Shown here piece by piece: positions 1 to 16,761 of a stretch of DNA of 64,000 bases (positions are counted from its first letter, which is position 1; every line of letters begins with the position of its first letter). The DNA lies in assembly GCF_009914755.1 (NCBI RefSeq), contig NC_060930.1; one strand, 5' to 3'. A program made the translations under genes and the position numbers. Below the pieces are notes generated by a model that had not been told where the DNA came from, did no database searches, and saw only the letters and a list, made by a program, of their open reading frames with translations. The DNA is from the human T2T-CHM13v2.0 reference genome, Homo sapiens.

Positions 1-197
1 TCTTATTGATGAAGAAACTGAGACTCAGAAGGATAAAGGCCCCGACCCAGGGTTACACAGTGGTGGGGCAAGGACATGAGCCCAGCTTCTCTCACTTAGA
101 GGAAATCTGCAAGGACGATCATTGTGCTGAAAGAGGAGTGGGAGGGGGTCTGAACTTCTGAGGCAGCCTCGCTTCTGCAGCGTTGTCTGTGGTAAGG

Positions 198-360
198 ACA
201 CACCACCCTGGCTGCACATTAGAATCACCTGGGCAGCTTTTAAAACTTACCTCGGGCCAATTAAAACAGAATCTCTGGAGGGGAGACCCAGGCATCGGGG
301 TTTTTTTTCCAAAACTGCCCAAATGGTTCCAATGTGTAGCCCAGATTAAGAACCACTGTT
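198..360. mobile_element. MER5A-like hAT/Charlie DNA transposon remnant
   Basis: ctggctgcacattagaatcacctggg...ttaagaaccactg resembles the recalled MER5A consensus. Confidence 0.7.
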
Positions 361-891
361 TAATGGCAAACTCAGTTGCAGCTGTTGAAAAGTTTTTTAA
401 ATGCAATAATCTTGGAATTCTCTTGTTTTAAAAAGGACTAATAGCTTGCTATTTCTTCCTTCTCTGGTCACTCCAGAGTAGTCATTTTTCAAGATAAGGA
501 CCTGGGTTAAGTGAGCATAAAAACATGAATAAAAATTAAAATAAATTACTAAGTGAGAAATAAAAGCCATGAATAATGTAACAAGGGGAAGAGCTGGAAG
601 AACTAGGGCAGAAAGCAAAGCAGAGAAAAGAAGAAGAGGGTCACTGGGGAAGCCTCTGTGGAGTTGGAATAAAAATGGAGGAAGGAAAGCTGGTGTGTAA
701 ATCCTGTCTTTTTGATACTCGGGCCCAGTAAGTATCTAGGATACCTGAGGGATTTCAGTTCTTGCAGATGATTGACAAGCTCCAGCCACAGGCTGCCAGC
801 ATCCCGCAGAAAGAGCAGCCATGCCCAGGTCTGTACAGCGTGTTCTAGACTGAGCAGGGCACGGTGAAGAGCAGTAGAATTGCAGTCACAT

Positions 892-1242
<351 letters not shown>

Positions 1243-3012
1243 TCACGTAAGCCCCAGGCCTTTGTATTGGAATCCAGGGGAGATGATGAGGAGGAAGGGG
1301 CCTTGTTTTGTTTGAAAAAGCCCCAGTGATTTGGTCATACTCCTTCCCTCTGCCTTCCCTTTTCTTCTCCACCCCTACACTGAGAATTACTGTCCCCACA
1401 AGGGCTCACCCGTGTGACCAGCTCTCCTGCAGGTCCAAAACAATCCAAAACTTTGTGACTAGCATATCATTTGCACCTTCCAGGCAGCTTCTGAAGGAAC
1501 ACACTCCCACTGGGAAGGGTGGCAGGTAATGATTCCCGGAACCTGTCACTCAATGATTGACATTAGTCTTAGTCATGGTTACCACCAAAACTTCCCCAAA
1601 GGAGGGACGTCCGGGTCCTTTGATTGACCAATAGTATATTCTCTAGGAAGATTTGCTTCCAACCAATTCCCAGCAAGCTCAAGCAATAGATGACAAAATT
1701 TTATAAACCCAAATATTTTATCAAATGGTAACCAAGTTTTGGGTCTTCGGATAACACGTTGTTTCTTAGACACAGTCCACTAAATAGAGACCTCCCCATA
1801 AATGATTTGTTTGTTTGAACTGGTGATTCTTCGTCATCAATTTATTATGGTTGAAAGTTGAGAAGGCACATACAATTGCCAGATATTTGGGGGACAATTG
1901 GAAGGCACCGAGTTTCCTAAATGACCTATATGAAATTGTAGTTGAGCTGGGGCAAGACAGTTAGGAGCATATTTGGATGAATTTTGTTCTCAGGTATTGT
2001 AAAGAGTTACGTATATGTATAGTTTTACCCCAACCTATTTGACCTGCAAAAACCTTCTTGAGGTATGGGAGTTTTGATTAACAAGTACTCATTACACTAT
2101 CTGAAGACCTTGTCTGTAAATCTAGAATATATAAACAGTTACTATGAACATAGCTGAAAAGGAAAAGTTGACCCTGCAGGGCCTTCCTGCCTCCTGGATA
2201 CACTCCAAGTGGCACCTTTCCCTTTGCTTTATAAAATGGCATATTCCAGAATGTTATCAAAGTGTGTCTTAAAAGATATCAACACCCTCAATGATTTACA
2301 GTGTCACTATGGTTTCTTGTAAGAAAGAAAAAAAAATCCAAATTGGCAAACTGGTATAAATGGTGCATAACAATATTTTTTTGATGGCCTAGGACAGCCA
2401 ATGGGTGCCTTTAATGTGAATGGCTGCAAAGGTGCTTTCGATACCTGTGTGTAAATGTGGAAAGCCAAAGCTTTCACACCACATGGTGCAGGCCCAGCAG
2501 AAGTGGCCGTAGACTCAGAAACTCCCAAACAAACATGTAACTTAACAACTCTATCAAACTAACCAAAATGTTCCCATTGAATCATCTAAAATAAGATGAG
2601 ACCTCTCTTGCCTTCACGGAATTAGTCAAGTTCCTCTCCCATATGATTACATCTCTGGCAGAAGCTTCCTTCAGGCCTAACCCACTTTTTAAAGCATGGC
2701 TGGTGTTGTATACTTGTTAGTGGGAAAGGGACACCTCTTATCTCTTAGAAATACAATCAGGTGGTGAAAAGGAGAAATAGTCATAGACCATTTGATTGGT
2801 GGCCAGGAGAAGAACGAGCCACAGGCTCAGCATTTGGATGTTTGACCAATCCCTGGGCTCAGCTAGAATAGCACAGAGAAACATGCTTGTTCAGCAGATA
2901 TTCAGAATCCCCAAAGCTACCCAACCCAAAGTCAAGCCATGTTCTGGGAGTCTCGCTGATATATTTTAAATAGATTCCAGGGAAAGATCACGCCCTACCG
3001 AGAAATAGTATG

Positions 3013-3560
3013 AGTTGGCAAACTTTTTGTGAATAAGGGCCAGATAGTAAATTTTCTCTTTTTTTGAGATGGAGACTTGCTCTGTGCAGTGGCGCGATCT
3101 TAGTACCATATTGTGGCAGAGCATGGAAGGCGCGATCTCAGCTCACTGCATCCTCTGCCTCCCGAGTTCAAGTGATTCTCCTGCCTCAGCCTCCTGAATA
3201 GCTGGGACTGCAGGTGCCCACCATCACACCCAGCTAATTTTTTGTATTTTTAGTAGAGAATAGGGTTTCACCGTGTTAGCCAGGTTGGTCTCGATCTCCT
3301 GACCTCATGATCCGCCCACCTCAGCCTCCCAAAGTCCTGGGATTACAGGCATGAACCACTGCACCCGGCTGATAGTGAACATTTTAGGTTTTGCAGGCCA
3401 CATGGTCTCTGTCACAACTATTCAATTCTACTATTGCAATGCAAAAGCAGCCACAGACTATGTGGAAATGAATGAATGTGGCTGTAGTCTAATAAAACTT
3501 TATTTACAAAGACAGACCATGTGCCAGGTTTGGCTGAGGGCCGTAGTTTGCCAAACTCCT
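3013..3560 (+). mobile_element. MER58A DNA transposon interrupted by an Alu
   Basis: gttggcaaactttt...gggccagatagtaaa, resuming after the Alu with attttaggttttgcaggcc...taataaaactttatttacaaa...gtagtttgcc. Confidence 0.8.
3052..3370 (-). mobile_element. Alu (S/Y-type) with an internal deletion and a 28-nt insertion
   Basis: Reverse Alu; TSD gatagtaaa/gatagtgaa; insert at 3101-3128. Confidence 0.95.
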
Positions 3561-3644
3561 CTCCCTATTTATATTATTGAGAATGATCTGTGTAGGTGGA
3601 AGATGGACGTGTTCACCAAATTATAGAGTATGACTTTTAGAGGC

Positions 3645-3827
3645 CAGTATAGGGTAGTGGTAAAGAATATGGACTCTGAAGCCTGAATTCAGATCCTTAC
3701 TCCACGAGCTGGATAACCTTGAGCAAATTATTATACCACTCTGTGCTTCATCTATATGAGGCACATACTTTTATCTATACAATGAAGTTTTAATCATCTA
3801 TGAAATGAGGATAATAATAGAACTTAG
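3645..3827 (+). mobile_element. MIR fragment, apparently resuming at about 4155-4260 after the LTR
   Basis: gtagtggtaaagaatatggactctgaag...accttgagcaaatta...ctgtgcttc...atgaggataataatag. Confidence 0.65.
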
Positions 3828-4150
3828 TGTTATAATTTGGGTTCATCCCAAAGTGGACCCAGATAAAAGGACTTAGATAGAAGTGATTTTTTGAGAGGTG
3901 ATCCCAGGAAGTACAAGTGAAGGAATAAGGGCGAGTGAGAGCGCGGGGAGAGAAGCTCTTGAAGGGGGCGTAAAGGAGCAGTCATTCTTGAGGGCAATGG
4001 AGGCACCATCATGTTGAGGACCTTCACAGTATTGTACAGGACAGGGAACTGGGATGTTTACCTGTGCACGCATGTTCCTCACTGTCATTCCATGTCAAAC
4101 TGTCCACTGTGACTGCAGGTGTAATCAGGAAGTGGACTGAGGGCACATGG
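3828..4150. mobile_element. Old ERVL solo LTR (LTR16/LTR33-like) inserted in MIR
   Basis: tgttataatttgggttc...gagaggtgatcccaggaag resembles the recalled LTR16-family consensus. Confidence 0.5.
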
Positions 4151-4656
4151 ATGGGCAATAGTGTCTGCCACACGATTTCACAGGGCTGTTATAAAGATGA
4201 CATGAATTTGTATTTGCAAAGCACATGGGGGAAAAATGCCTGGTCTTTAGGAAATGTCATTTAAGTGATTGCCAAATAAAGAGTGGGTATCCTTTGAAGC
4301 AGTAGGAAAGAATATTAGGCATAACAAAGATTAAATTGTTGAAATTTCATATCTGTAAAGGTAATATGGGTGGAACACTGAAACAAGTTCCACAATAGAT
4401 TATGAAGGAACACTAGAAATGCCAGGAAACATGTAGGTAGATTATAAGCAGTGGCCTCTTCAACTCTGTAAAGTTGTCAGTCAATACCGTGTACTACATT
4501 AGCTGATGACAGTGATCCGGAGTGACCCTAGGAAGGCTGGGGACACAGGAAAACAAATAAAATGTATGCCATATTTAATCTATGCCTAGTTGTTATAATT
4601 TGGCACTGTAATTAGGCACAAATGACATGTTCTTTACATGAATTATTATAATTTGA

Positions 4657-4980
<324 letters not shown>

Positions 4981-5687
4981 TAAAAGATTTTCTTATTTGG
5001 TTAGTCCTTCAGTACCTAAAATTAGGAAAAGATTGTCCATTTTTCCTAATACAGTTTAATCGTTTCAACCACCTGTGTGCATGAATGAAAGTGTAGAAAC
5101 GTAACCCACATACTCTGGCCTTTTGTTTACAACCTTCCTGACTCTCAATTCCATTCATTCTCACCCTGTCGGGTCTCTCCCACATGCCCCCATCCCTCCC
5201 CTGTTTTTCATGTGATTTTAAGGCATATGCATGTATTTCCCCTCCTCTTTTCCTGAGTGGTCTGGCTGGTGGCAGACTCTGTGTGGGGAAGTGTGCTCTT
5301 ATCTTAGTACCATACTGTGGCGGAGATGAGAGAGAGAGAGAGAGATCCCTGACTCAGGAGGCGATAGGAGGAGCACAGTAGATATGAGCCCTGGCTCTTT
5401 TGTGTCTAGCAGTTCCAGGTAGATGGAAAGTGAAGGGTTGGACTTAATGAGAAATAAGGCTGTGAGAAGAAAGTGCTCAAGAAAGTTGGTTCTTGTTTCC
5501 AGGATTTCACTGCAAAAGCCTAAACAACAATCTTTGGCATGGGTCAAAGAATAAACCTACAACCACTTTCAAGAACCAGGGGAATAATCTTGAGTGGGAA
5601 GAGGAGGAAACAGCCATGCCTCCTATCCAACCTTGCCAGGCTCTTGTGTTACTGAAATAGAATAGTCTTCAGAGACACTTCCAGCAT

Positions 5688-6250
5688 GTGTCACAGTCAA
5701 ATGCTTTTGGCTGCAAGAAACAGAAACAAAACCAACTGAAAGTGGCTTAAGGTATAAGGAAATTTCGTATTACACAAAAGAAAATGTCCAAGATTGCTAA
5801 ATTCATTGGTTCAAAAAATGTAATCCAGGATCCAAACTCTATTCTGCCAACCTTCATGTGTCATCCTTGTCCTCGGGCTGGCTCTCCCCACGGTTGAAGG
5901 TGTCTACTGCCTCTCTGTGTATCACAACAAACACAACCACATCCAGAGGAAGAAGAAACCGTCTTCATGTGTGCCTCTTTTAGGAGTGAGGAAAGCTTTC
6001 CCAGAAGTCACCCAGCAGACTTTCTGCCAGAACTCTTTGGTCACAATAGACTGCAAGGTCAGTCCTAAACAAGCCATGGGCAAGAGCAGTACCATCATGG
6101 CTGGCTCAGATGGATAAGAATTGACTGCCGGAGCTAGGCTGGAGCTGGTGACTCCCTTGAGTCACATCAGGGAGGAATAGGTTCCAAAGCAACTTTGGAA
6201 CTCTGCCAACAAAGAAGGGGGTGGATTGAATGTTGGCTGACTACCAACAG
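5688..6250. mobile_element. MLT1 (J/K-like) MaLR LTR
   Basis: ttttggctgcaagaaacagaaac...aactgaaagtggcttaag and tttcccagaagtcacccagcagactt are typical MLT1 motifs. Confidence 0.65.
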
Positions 6251-6388
6251 TAGGGTTGTGAAGATGTCCTGGAGCCCCACTGATACTGTTTCTTTTTCCC
6301 AGCCTTTCCTACTTATTAGCAAATGGCTAAAGCTCCTTTGAAAAAATAAGAGCTCTTTGATGCCACAATTTCAAATGAAAAGCACTAA

Positions 6389-6739
<351 letters not shown>

Positions 6740-8876
6740 TTAATTGGAAAAGTCTAACATGCAGTCTTTTCTTCTTTGGAAAGAGGAAGAGTACTAGAAA
6801 TTAGAAAGGTACTTGGTACCTCAAGAGGTTGGCATAACCCTTTGTATACAAATTTATTGTAGTATTTACCATCTATTGTGGTTATTTACATATATATGTC
6901 ACCCCTACCACTCTCTGAGTCCTTGATGGGCAAGGGACTACACTATTCTTCATCACATCCCTGAAACCAGGGCGGACCAGCACATATTTCCTGTCCTGCC
7001 AAGCTTCACTCATGCTCACCTTGGTAGGAACTGTGATGAGAAACACTTAGCTCCGTCTTGTAACCCAGACATACGTAAGTCTGGCTCATGCTGGTCAGAT
7101 GGTTCCAGCTGACTAGGTACCTTTTCTTGCTCCCAGTTCCTGATGACATTTTCTTGAAAGAATTTGTCCACATCTAATCACCCTCTCCCCACACATATTC
7201 CTGCCCCTTACATCTTGAGTTACTGCTTCTCTCCTGCATTTTTAGTTATTTCCTCTCAATTCTTCTCCCTTTTAGGTCCCCAGCCAGCTTCAAGCTCCAG
7301 AAGACACTCCTCTGCTTTATCTTTAACTAAATGCCAGTCTATCGGTTATTTTAACATCTATTAACTACTGTAATACCACTATGGTTTTTGTCTTGGCTGC
7401 ATTTGTCATTTCCTCTGATACCTTTTTCGTTAGGTTCATGTTTTCCTATTTTCCCCAACAATCTTCTCCTCCGCTGAGACCCATAGTCCCCACTGTTCTA
7501 TTTCTGCCAATCACCATCTTATCTATTATACAGGAGCAGCCACCAAACTCCCATTTGCATCAACATGCAAAAGATGAATTATGTGTCCACAAAAAGGGGA
7601 ACAAACACAAAAGAGGCAGTCCTGGATTTCCAAATGCCTCATACAAATGGGCAGTTGTACACGATCCCCCTGCACCCATCCCATCACACTCTTCAGTGCA
7701 TATAAACTAGGAGGCTGCAGCATGCATAAATTCAATAAGTGCTTTCAGAAACCTATCAAGAAGAAATCTAATGTTCTTTTCCCTTCTACAGTTGATCCTA
7801 GTTTGTACCCATGCAAATGATGCTGATATTTAGACAACTTTAAAGGGCTTATAAAGTCCACAAAGGACTCTGACACCCAAATTAAAGTTGTATCCTTAGT
7901 TCACCTCACTGTGCAAAAGTATTGCCAAATATTTGGTGAAGTTAATCCCTATCTGACCACCTCCGCAATCACTAACCACAACAGGAGAAGTTAAAGAAAT
8001 GAATTCCAGGCATGCATTATGATTTATTTGCTGTGTGAGTTTTAAGCTAAATCCTTAACTTTTGATATATATTTGATTTTCAGAATAGGCTGCAGAAGAA
8101 CAAACTTAATGTAACTGCTTCACTGTAGTGTGAAAGACTGTCTCAGGCTCCTCTGAATCTGCTGTCATTTCTGTTGATTCATGAGGTTGGGTTATATTTT
8201 GCAAATTTTCTTTAATTAGTGTATATGTGTATTGTATATACGTTGCAGGTTCTTCTTTACTCCATTGTGGAGATGACTGTATAAGCTGTCAATGTCTATT
8301 CCCAGTGGTTCATGCTTTCTATTCTGCAACCAAAGAGAGAACAAGTTGATCAGCGATGTGGCAGTAATGCATATGTAAGGGCCTAGAAACCAGTGGTAAG
8401 AACATGAGTTTATGGAAACACTGCATACCAGCCCCTAAGGGAGTAATTACAGATAGACTTTGAAGCTGCTTAATAACTGGCAGCATCATAGATTTTTTGT
8501 AATCACCTGAGAAGCTGTAGATTAGCCTAATACAGTTCCAAGTACACAGAGGGTGGACAACAACCACTTGCTGAGCTGACTTGAAGCTTAAGAAGAAAGG
8601 CTGAAGCCTGTGCACATGGGAGGGGAGGAGCACCTAACCCGTTCTTAGAAATGAATGAAATCTCAGTGCTCTGTCTTCTAGCCCCTTTTGAGTTTGAAGT
8701 CAATTTTCCTAAGGTCAGTGTTTGAAGAGGAAGGAGTGGATTGGGGAAAAAGATCAAGGATGAGGTTATAAAGCTAACAACTTGAATTTACTAGGAGCTT
8801 ACTATAGACCAAATACTATCATGATGAATGAAAGGAAACTCTGGACTCAGGAGCTTTAAACTAACTCTGCTATTTA

Positions 8877-9563
8877 ATTAAAAGTCAGGAAACAACAGGT
8901 GCTGGAGAGGATGTGGAGAAATAGGAACACTTTTACACCGTTGGTGGGACTGTAAACTAGTTCAACCATTGTGGAAGTCAGTGTGGCGATTCCTCAGGGA
9001 TCTAGAACTAGAAATACCATTTGACCCAGCCATCCCATTACTGGGTATATACCCAAAGGACTATAAATCATGCTGCTATAAAGACACATGCACACGTATG
9101 TTTGTTGAGGCACTATTCACTATAGCAAAGACTTGGAACCAACCCAAATGTCCAACAATGATAGACTGGATTAAGAAAATGTGGCACATATACACCATGG
9201 AATACTATGCAGCCATAACAAATGATGAGTTCATGTCCTTTGTAGGGACATGGATGAAATTGGAAATCATCATTCTCAGTAAATTATCGCAAGAACAAAA
9301 AACCAAACACTGCATATTCTCACTCATAGGTGGGAATTGAACAATGAGATCACATGGACACAGGAAGGGGAACATCACACTCTGGGGACTGTTGTGGGGT
9401 GGGGGGAGGGGGGAGGGATGGCATTGGGAGATATACCTAATGCTAGATGATGAGTTAGTGGGTGCAGCGCACCAGCGTGGCACATGTATACATATGTAAC
9501 TAACCTGCACAATGTGCACATGTACCCTAAAACTTAAAGTATAATAATAAAAGAAAAAAAAAA
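8877..9563 (+). mobile_element. 5'-truncated L1PA2/3 (ORF2 C-terminus, 3'UTR, A-tail)
   Basis: ORF 8969-9340 is the L1 ORF2p C-terminus (...FSLIGGN); G-tract 3'UTR; aacttaaagtataataa plus A-tail; no convincing TSD. Confidence 0.97.
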
Positions 9564-9800
9564 GAAATTAATTTATAATATGTCTTCATAGTATTCAATC
9601 TACTCTGGCATTTCAAAATAAAGCGAAGCCATTTTAATTTGCTCTTATACTCAAAAACTGACGAGGAAACAATAGTAAAGGATTTTATTATGCAAGAAAA
9701 AAAAGAAGACTGTGGATATAATCAGAATTGATGTTGATTTATAAAGAAAAGAAAATTGGCCAAAGTTTAGTACAGTTGTGGACATTAATCACAATATTCT

Positions 9801-10101
<301 letters not shown>

Positions 10102-10221
10102 TAATCACAATATTCTTGAAAATGACTTATTCCAACCAGACTGTCCTTCTCTTCTGTGGCAGGAAGAAGCAATGTGCTGTGGGCCAAACAGCAGAACAGG
10201 ACTTGCTGTCTCATGTATTCC

Positions 10222-10650
10222 TTAACAAATATTTATTGGGTCTTATTAAGTGCCATGCACTGTACTAAACATGGAGGATATGACAATGAATGAAATGAAC
10301 TCCCTATGCCTAAGTAAGTCATTGTCTGGAAGGGAACAATGTAATGTCAAGGTCAATAGAATATGAACATTTTAAGAGAGGGAAAGTATCAAGTATAAGA
10401 AGCATATAAAGGAGCATGTAGTCCAGTTTCAGGGAGGAAAGGAAGAAGAAGAAGAGGGCCATCTAAAGCAAAGACCTGGAAGAGCAGTAGAAAGCAAAGA
10501 TTGGGGCAGAAACGTTTCAGAGAGAGGGAAGGAACTATTGTGCAAGGCCCCAAGTTCAGGGCTGTAGCCAGGAAGGAATGAAAACAATGGTGGAGTCACA
10601 CTGGGAAATGGGATGTTGCTCTGGGCATTCAGACCATGTTCCTAAGGGCA
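10222..10650 (-). mobile_element. L2 3' fragment
   Basis: aacaaatatttattgggtcttattaagtgccatgcactgtacta is the typical reverse L2 3' end. Confidence 0.65.
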
Positions 10651-10948
10651 GTAGGACAATAACCATTATTCTTTTTTTTTTTTTTTTTTGTGATTTAAAA
10701 ACTACAAGTTTATATTCTTAAGCTTTTTTTTAAATTTATTATTATTATGCTTTAAGTTTTAGGGTACATGTGCACAATGTGCAGGTTAGTTACATATGTA
10801 TACATGTGCCACGCTGGTGCGCTACACCCACTAACTCATCATCTAGCATTAGGTATATCTCCCAATGCCATCCCTCCCCCCTCCCCCCACCCCACAACAG
10901 TCCCCAGAGTGTGATGTTCCCCTTCCTGTGTCCATGTGTTCTCATTGT

Positions 10949-14777
<3,829 letters not shown>

Positions 14778-14840
14778 TATGATGTTAGCTGGTTATTTTG
14801 CTCGTTAGTTGATGCAGTTTCTTCCTAGTCTCGATGGTCT

Positions 14841-15857
14841 TTACATTTTGGCATGATTTTGCAGCAGCTGGTATTGGTTGTTCCTTTCCATGTTTAGCGC
14901 TTCCTTCAGGAGCTCTTTTAGGGCAGGCCTGGTGGTGACAAAATCTCTCAGCATTTGCTTGTCTGTAAAGGATTTTATTTCTCCTTCACTTGTGAAGCTT
15001 AGTTTGGCTAGATTTGAAATTCTGGGTTGAAAATTCTTTTCTTTAAGAATGTTGAATATTGGCCCCCACTCTCTTCTGGCTTGTAGGGTTTCTGCCGAGA
15101 GATCCGCTGTTAGTCTGATGGGCTTCCCTTTGAGGGTAACCTGACCTTTCTCTCTGACTGCCCTTAACATTTTTTCCTTCATTTCAACTTTGGTGAATCT
15201 GACAATTATATGTCTTAGAGTTGCTCTTCTCGAGGAGTATCTTTGCAGCATTCTCTGTATTTCCTGAATCTGAATATTGGCCTGCCTTGCTAGATTGGGG
15301 AAGTTCTCCTGGATAATATCCTGCAGAGTGTTTTCCAACTTGGTTCCATTCTCCCCATCACTTTCAGGTACACCAATTAGACGTAGATTTGGTCTTTTCA
15401 CTTAGTCCCTTATTTCTTGGAGGCTTTGCTTGTTTCTTTTTATTCTTTTTTCTCTAAACTTCCCTTCTCGCTTCATTTCATTCATTTCATCTTCCATCGC
15501 TGATACCCTTTCTTCCAGTTGATCGCATCGGCTCCTGAGGCTTCTGCATTCTTCACGTAGTTCTCGAGCCTTGGTTTTCAGCTCCATCAGCTCCTTTAAG
15601 CACTTCTCTGTATTGGTTATTCTAGTTATACATTCTTCTAAATTTTTTTCAAAGTTTTCAACTTCTTTGCCTTTGGTTTGAATGTCCTCCCCTAGCTCGG
15701 AGTAATTTGATCTTCTGAAGCCTTCTTCTCTCAGCTCATCAAAGTCATTCTCCGTTCAGCTTTGTTCCGTTGCTGGTGAGGAACTGCGTTCCTTTGGAGG
15801 AGGAGAGGTGCTCTGCTTTTCAGAGTTTCCAGTTTTTCTGCTCTGTTTTTTCCCCAT
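14841..15857 (-). pseudogene. ORF1: L1 ORF1 (RNA-binding protein), disrupted
   Basis: MGKKQSRK start at 15857; premature stops at 15756 and 15402; C-terminus ...QNHAKM. Confidence 0.95.
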
Positions 15858-16761
15858 CTTTGTGGTTTTATCTACTTTTGGTCTTTGATGATGGTGATGT
15901 ACAGATGGGTTTTTGGTGTGGGTGTCCTTTCTGTTTGTAGTTTTCCTTCTAACAGACAGGACCCTCAGCTGCAGGTCTGTTGGAGTACCCAACCGTGTGA
16001 GGTGTCAGTCTGCCCCTGCTGGGGGGTGCCTCCCAGTTAGGCTGCTCGGAGGTCAGGGTCAGGGACCCACTTGAGGAGGCAGTCTGCCCATTCTCAGATC
16101 TCCAGCTGCATGCCGGGAGAACCACTGCTCTCTTCAAAGCTGTCAGACAGGGACATTTAAGTCTGCAGAGGTTACTGCTGTCTTTTTGTTTGTCTGTGCC
16201 CTGCCCCCAGAGATGGAGCCTACAGAGGCAGGCAGGCCTCCTTGAGCTGTGGTGGGCTCCACCCAGTTCGAGCTTCCCGGCTGCTTTGTTTACCTAAGCA
16301 AGCCTGGGCAATGGCAAAGCCCCTCCCCCAGCCTCGCTGCCACCTTGCAGTTTGATCTCAGACTGCTGTGCTAGCAATCAGCGAGACTCCATGGGCATAG
16401 GACCCTCTGAGCCAAGTGTGGGATATAATCTCCTGGTGTGCCATTTTTTAAGCCCGTCGGAAAAGCACAGTATTCGGGTGGGAGTGACCCGATTTTCCAG
16501 GTGCCATCTGTCACCCCTTTCTTTGACTAGGAAAGGGAACTCCCTGAGCCCTTACGCTTCCCAAGTGAGGCAATGCCTCGCCCTGCTTCGGCTCGCGCAC
16601 GGTGCGTGCACCCACTGACCTGTGCCCACTGTCTGGCACTCCCTAGTGAGATGAACCCAGTACCTCAGATGGAAATGCAGAAATCACCCGTCTTCTGTGT
16701 CACTCATGCTGGGAGCTGTAGGCTGGAACGCTTCCTATTCGGCCATCTTGGCTCCTCCTTC
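15858..16761 (-). promoter_or_regulatory. L1 5'UTR with internal sense promoter (YY1 site) and antisense promoter
   Basis: YY1 core ggccatcttg at 16741-16750 intact; many CpGs decayed. Confidence 0.8.
16311..16618 (+). pseudogene. ORF0: L1 antisense ORF0 remnant, frameshifted after the ATG
   Basis: 16352-16618 translates to ISDCCASNQRDS..GPSEP..RVGVTRFSRC, matching the recalled ORF0p; the ATG at 16311 is 1 nt out of frame. Confidence 0.8.
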
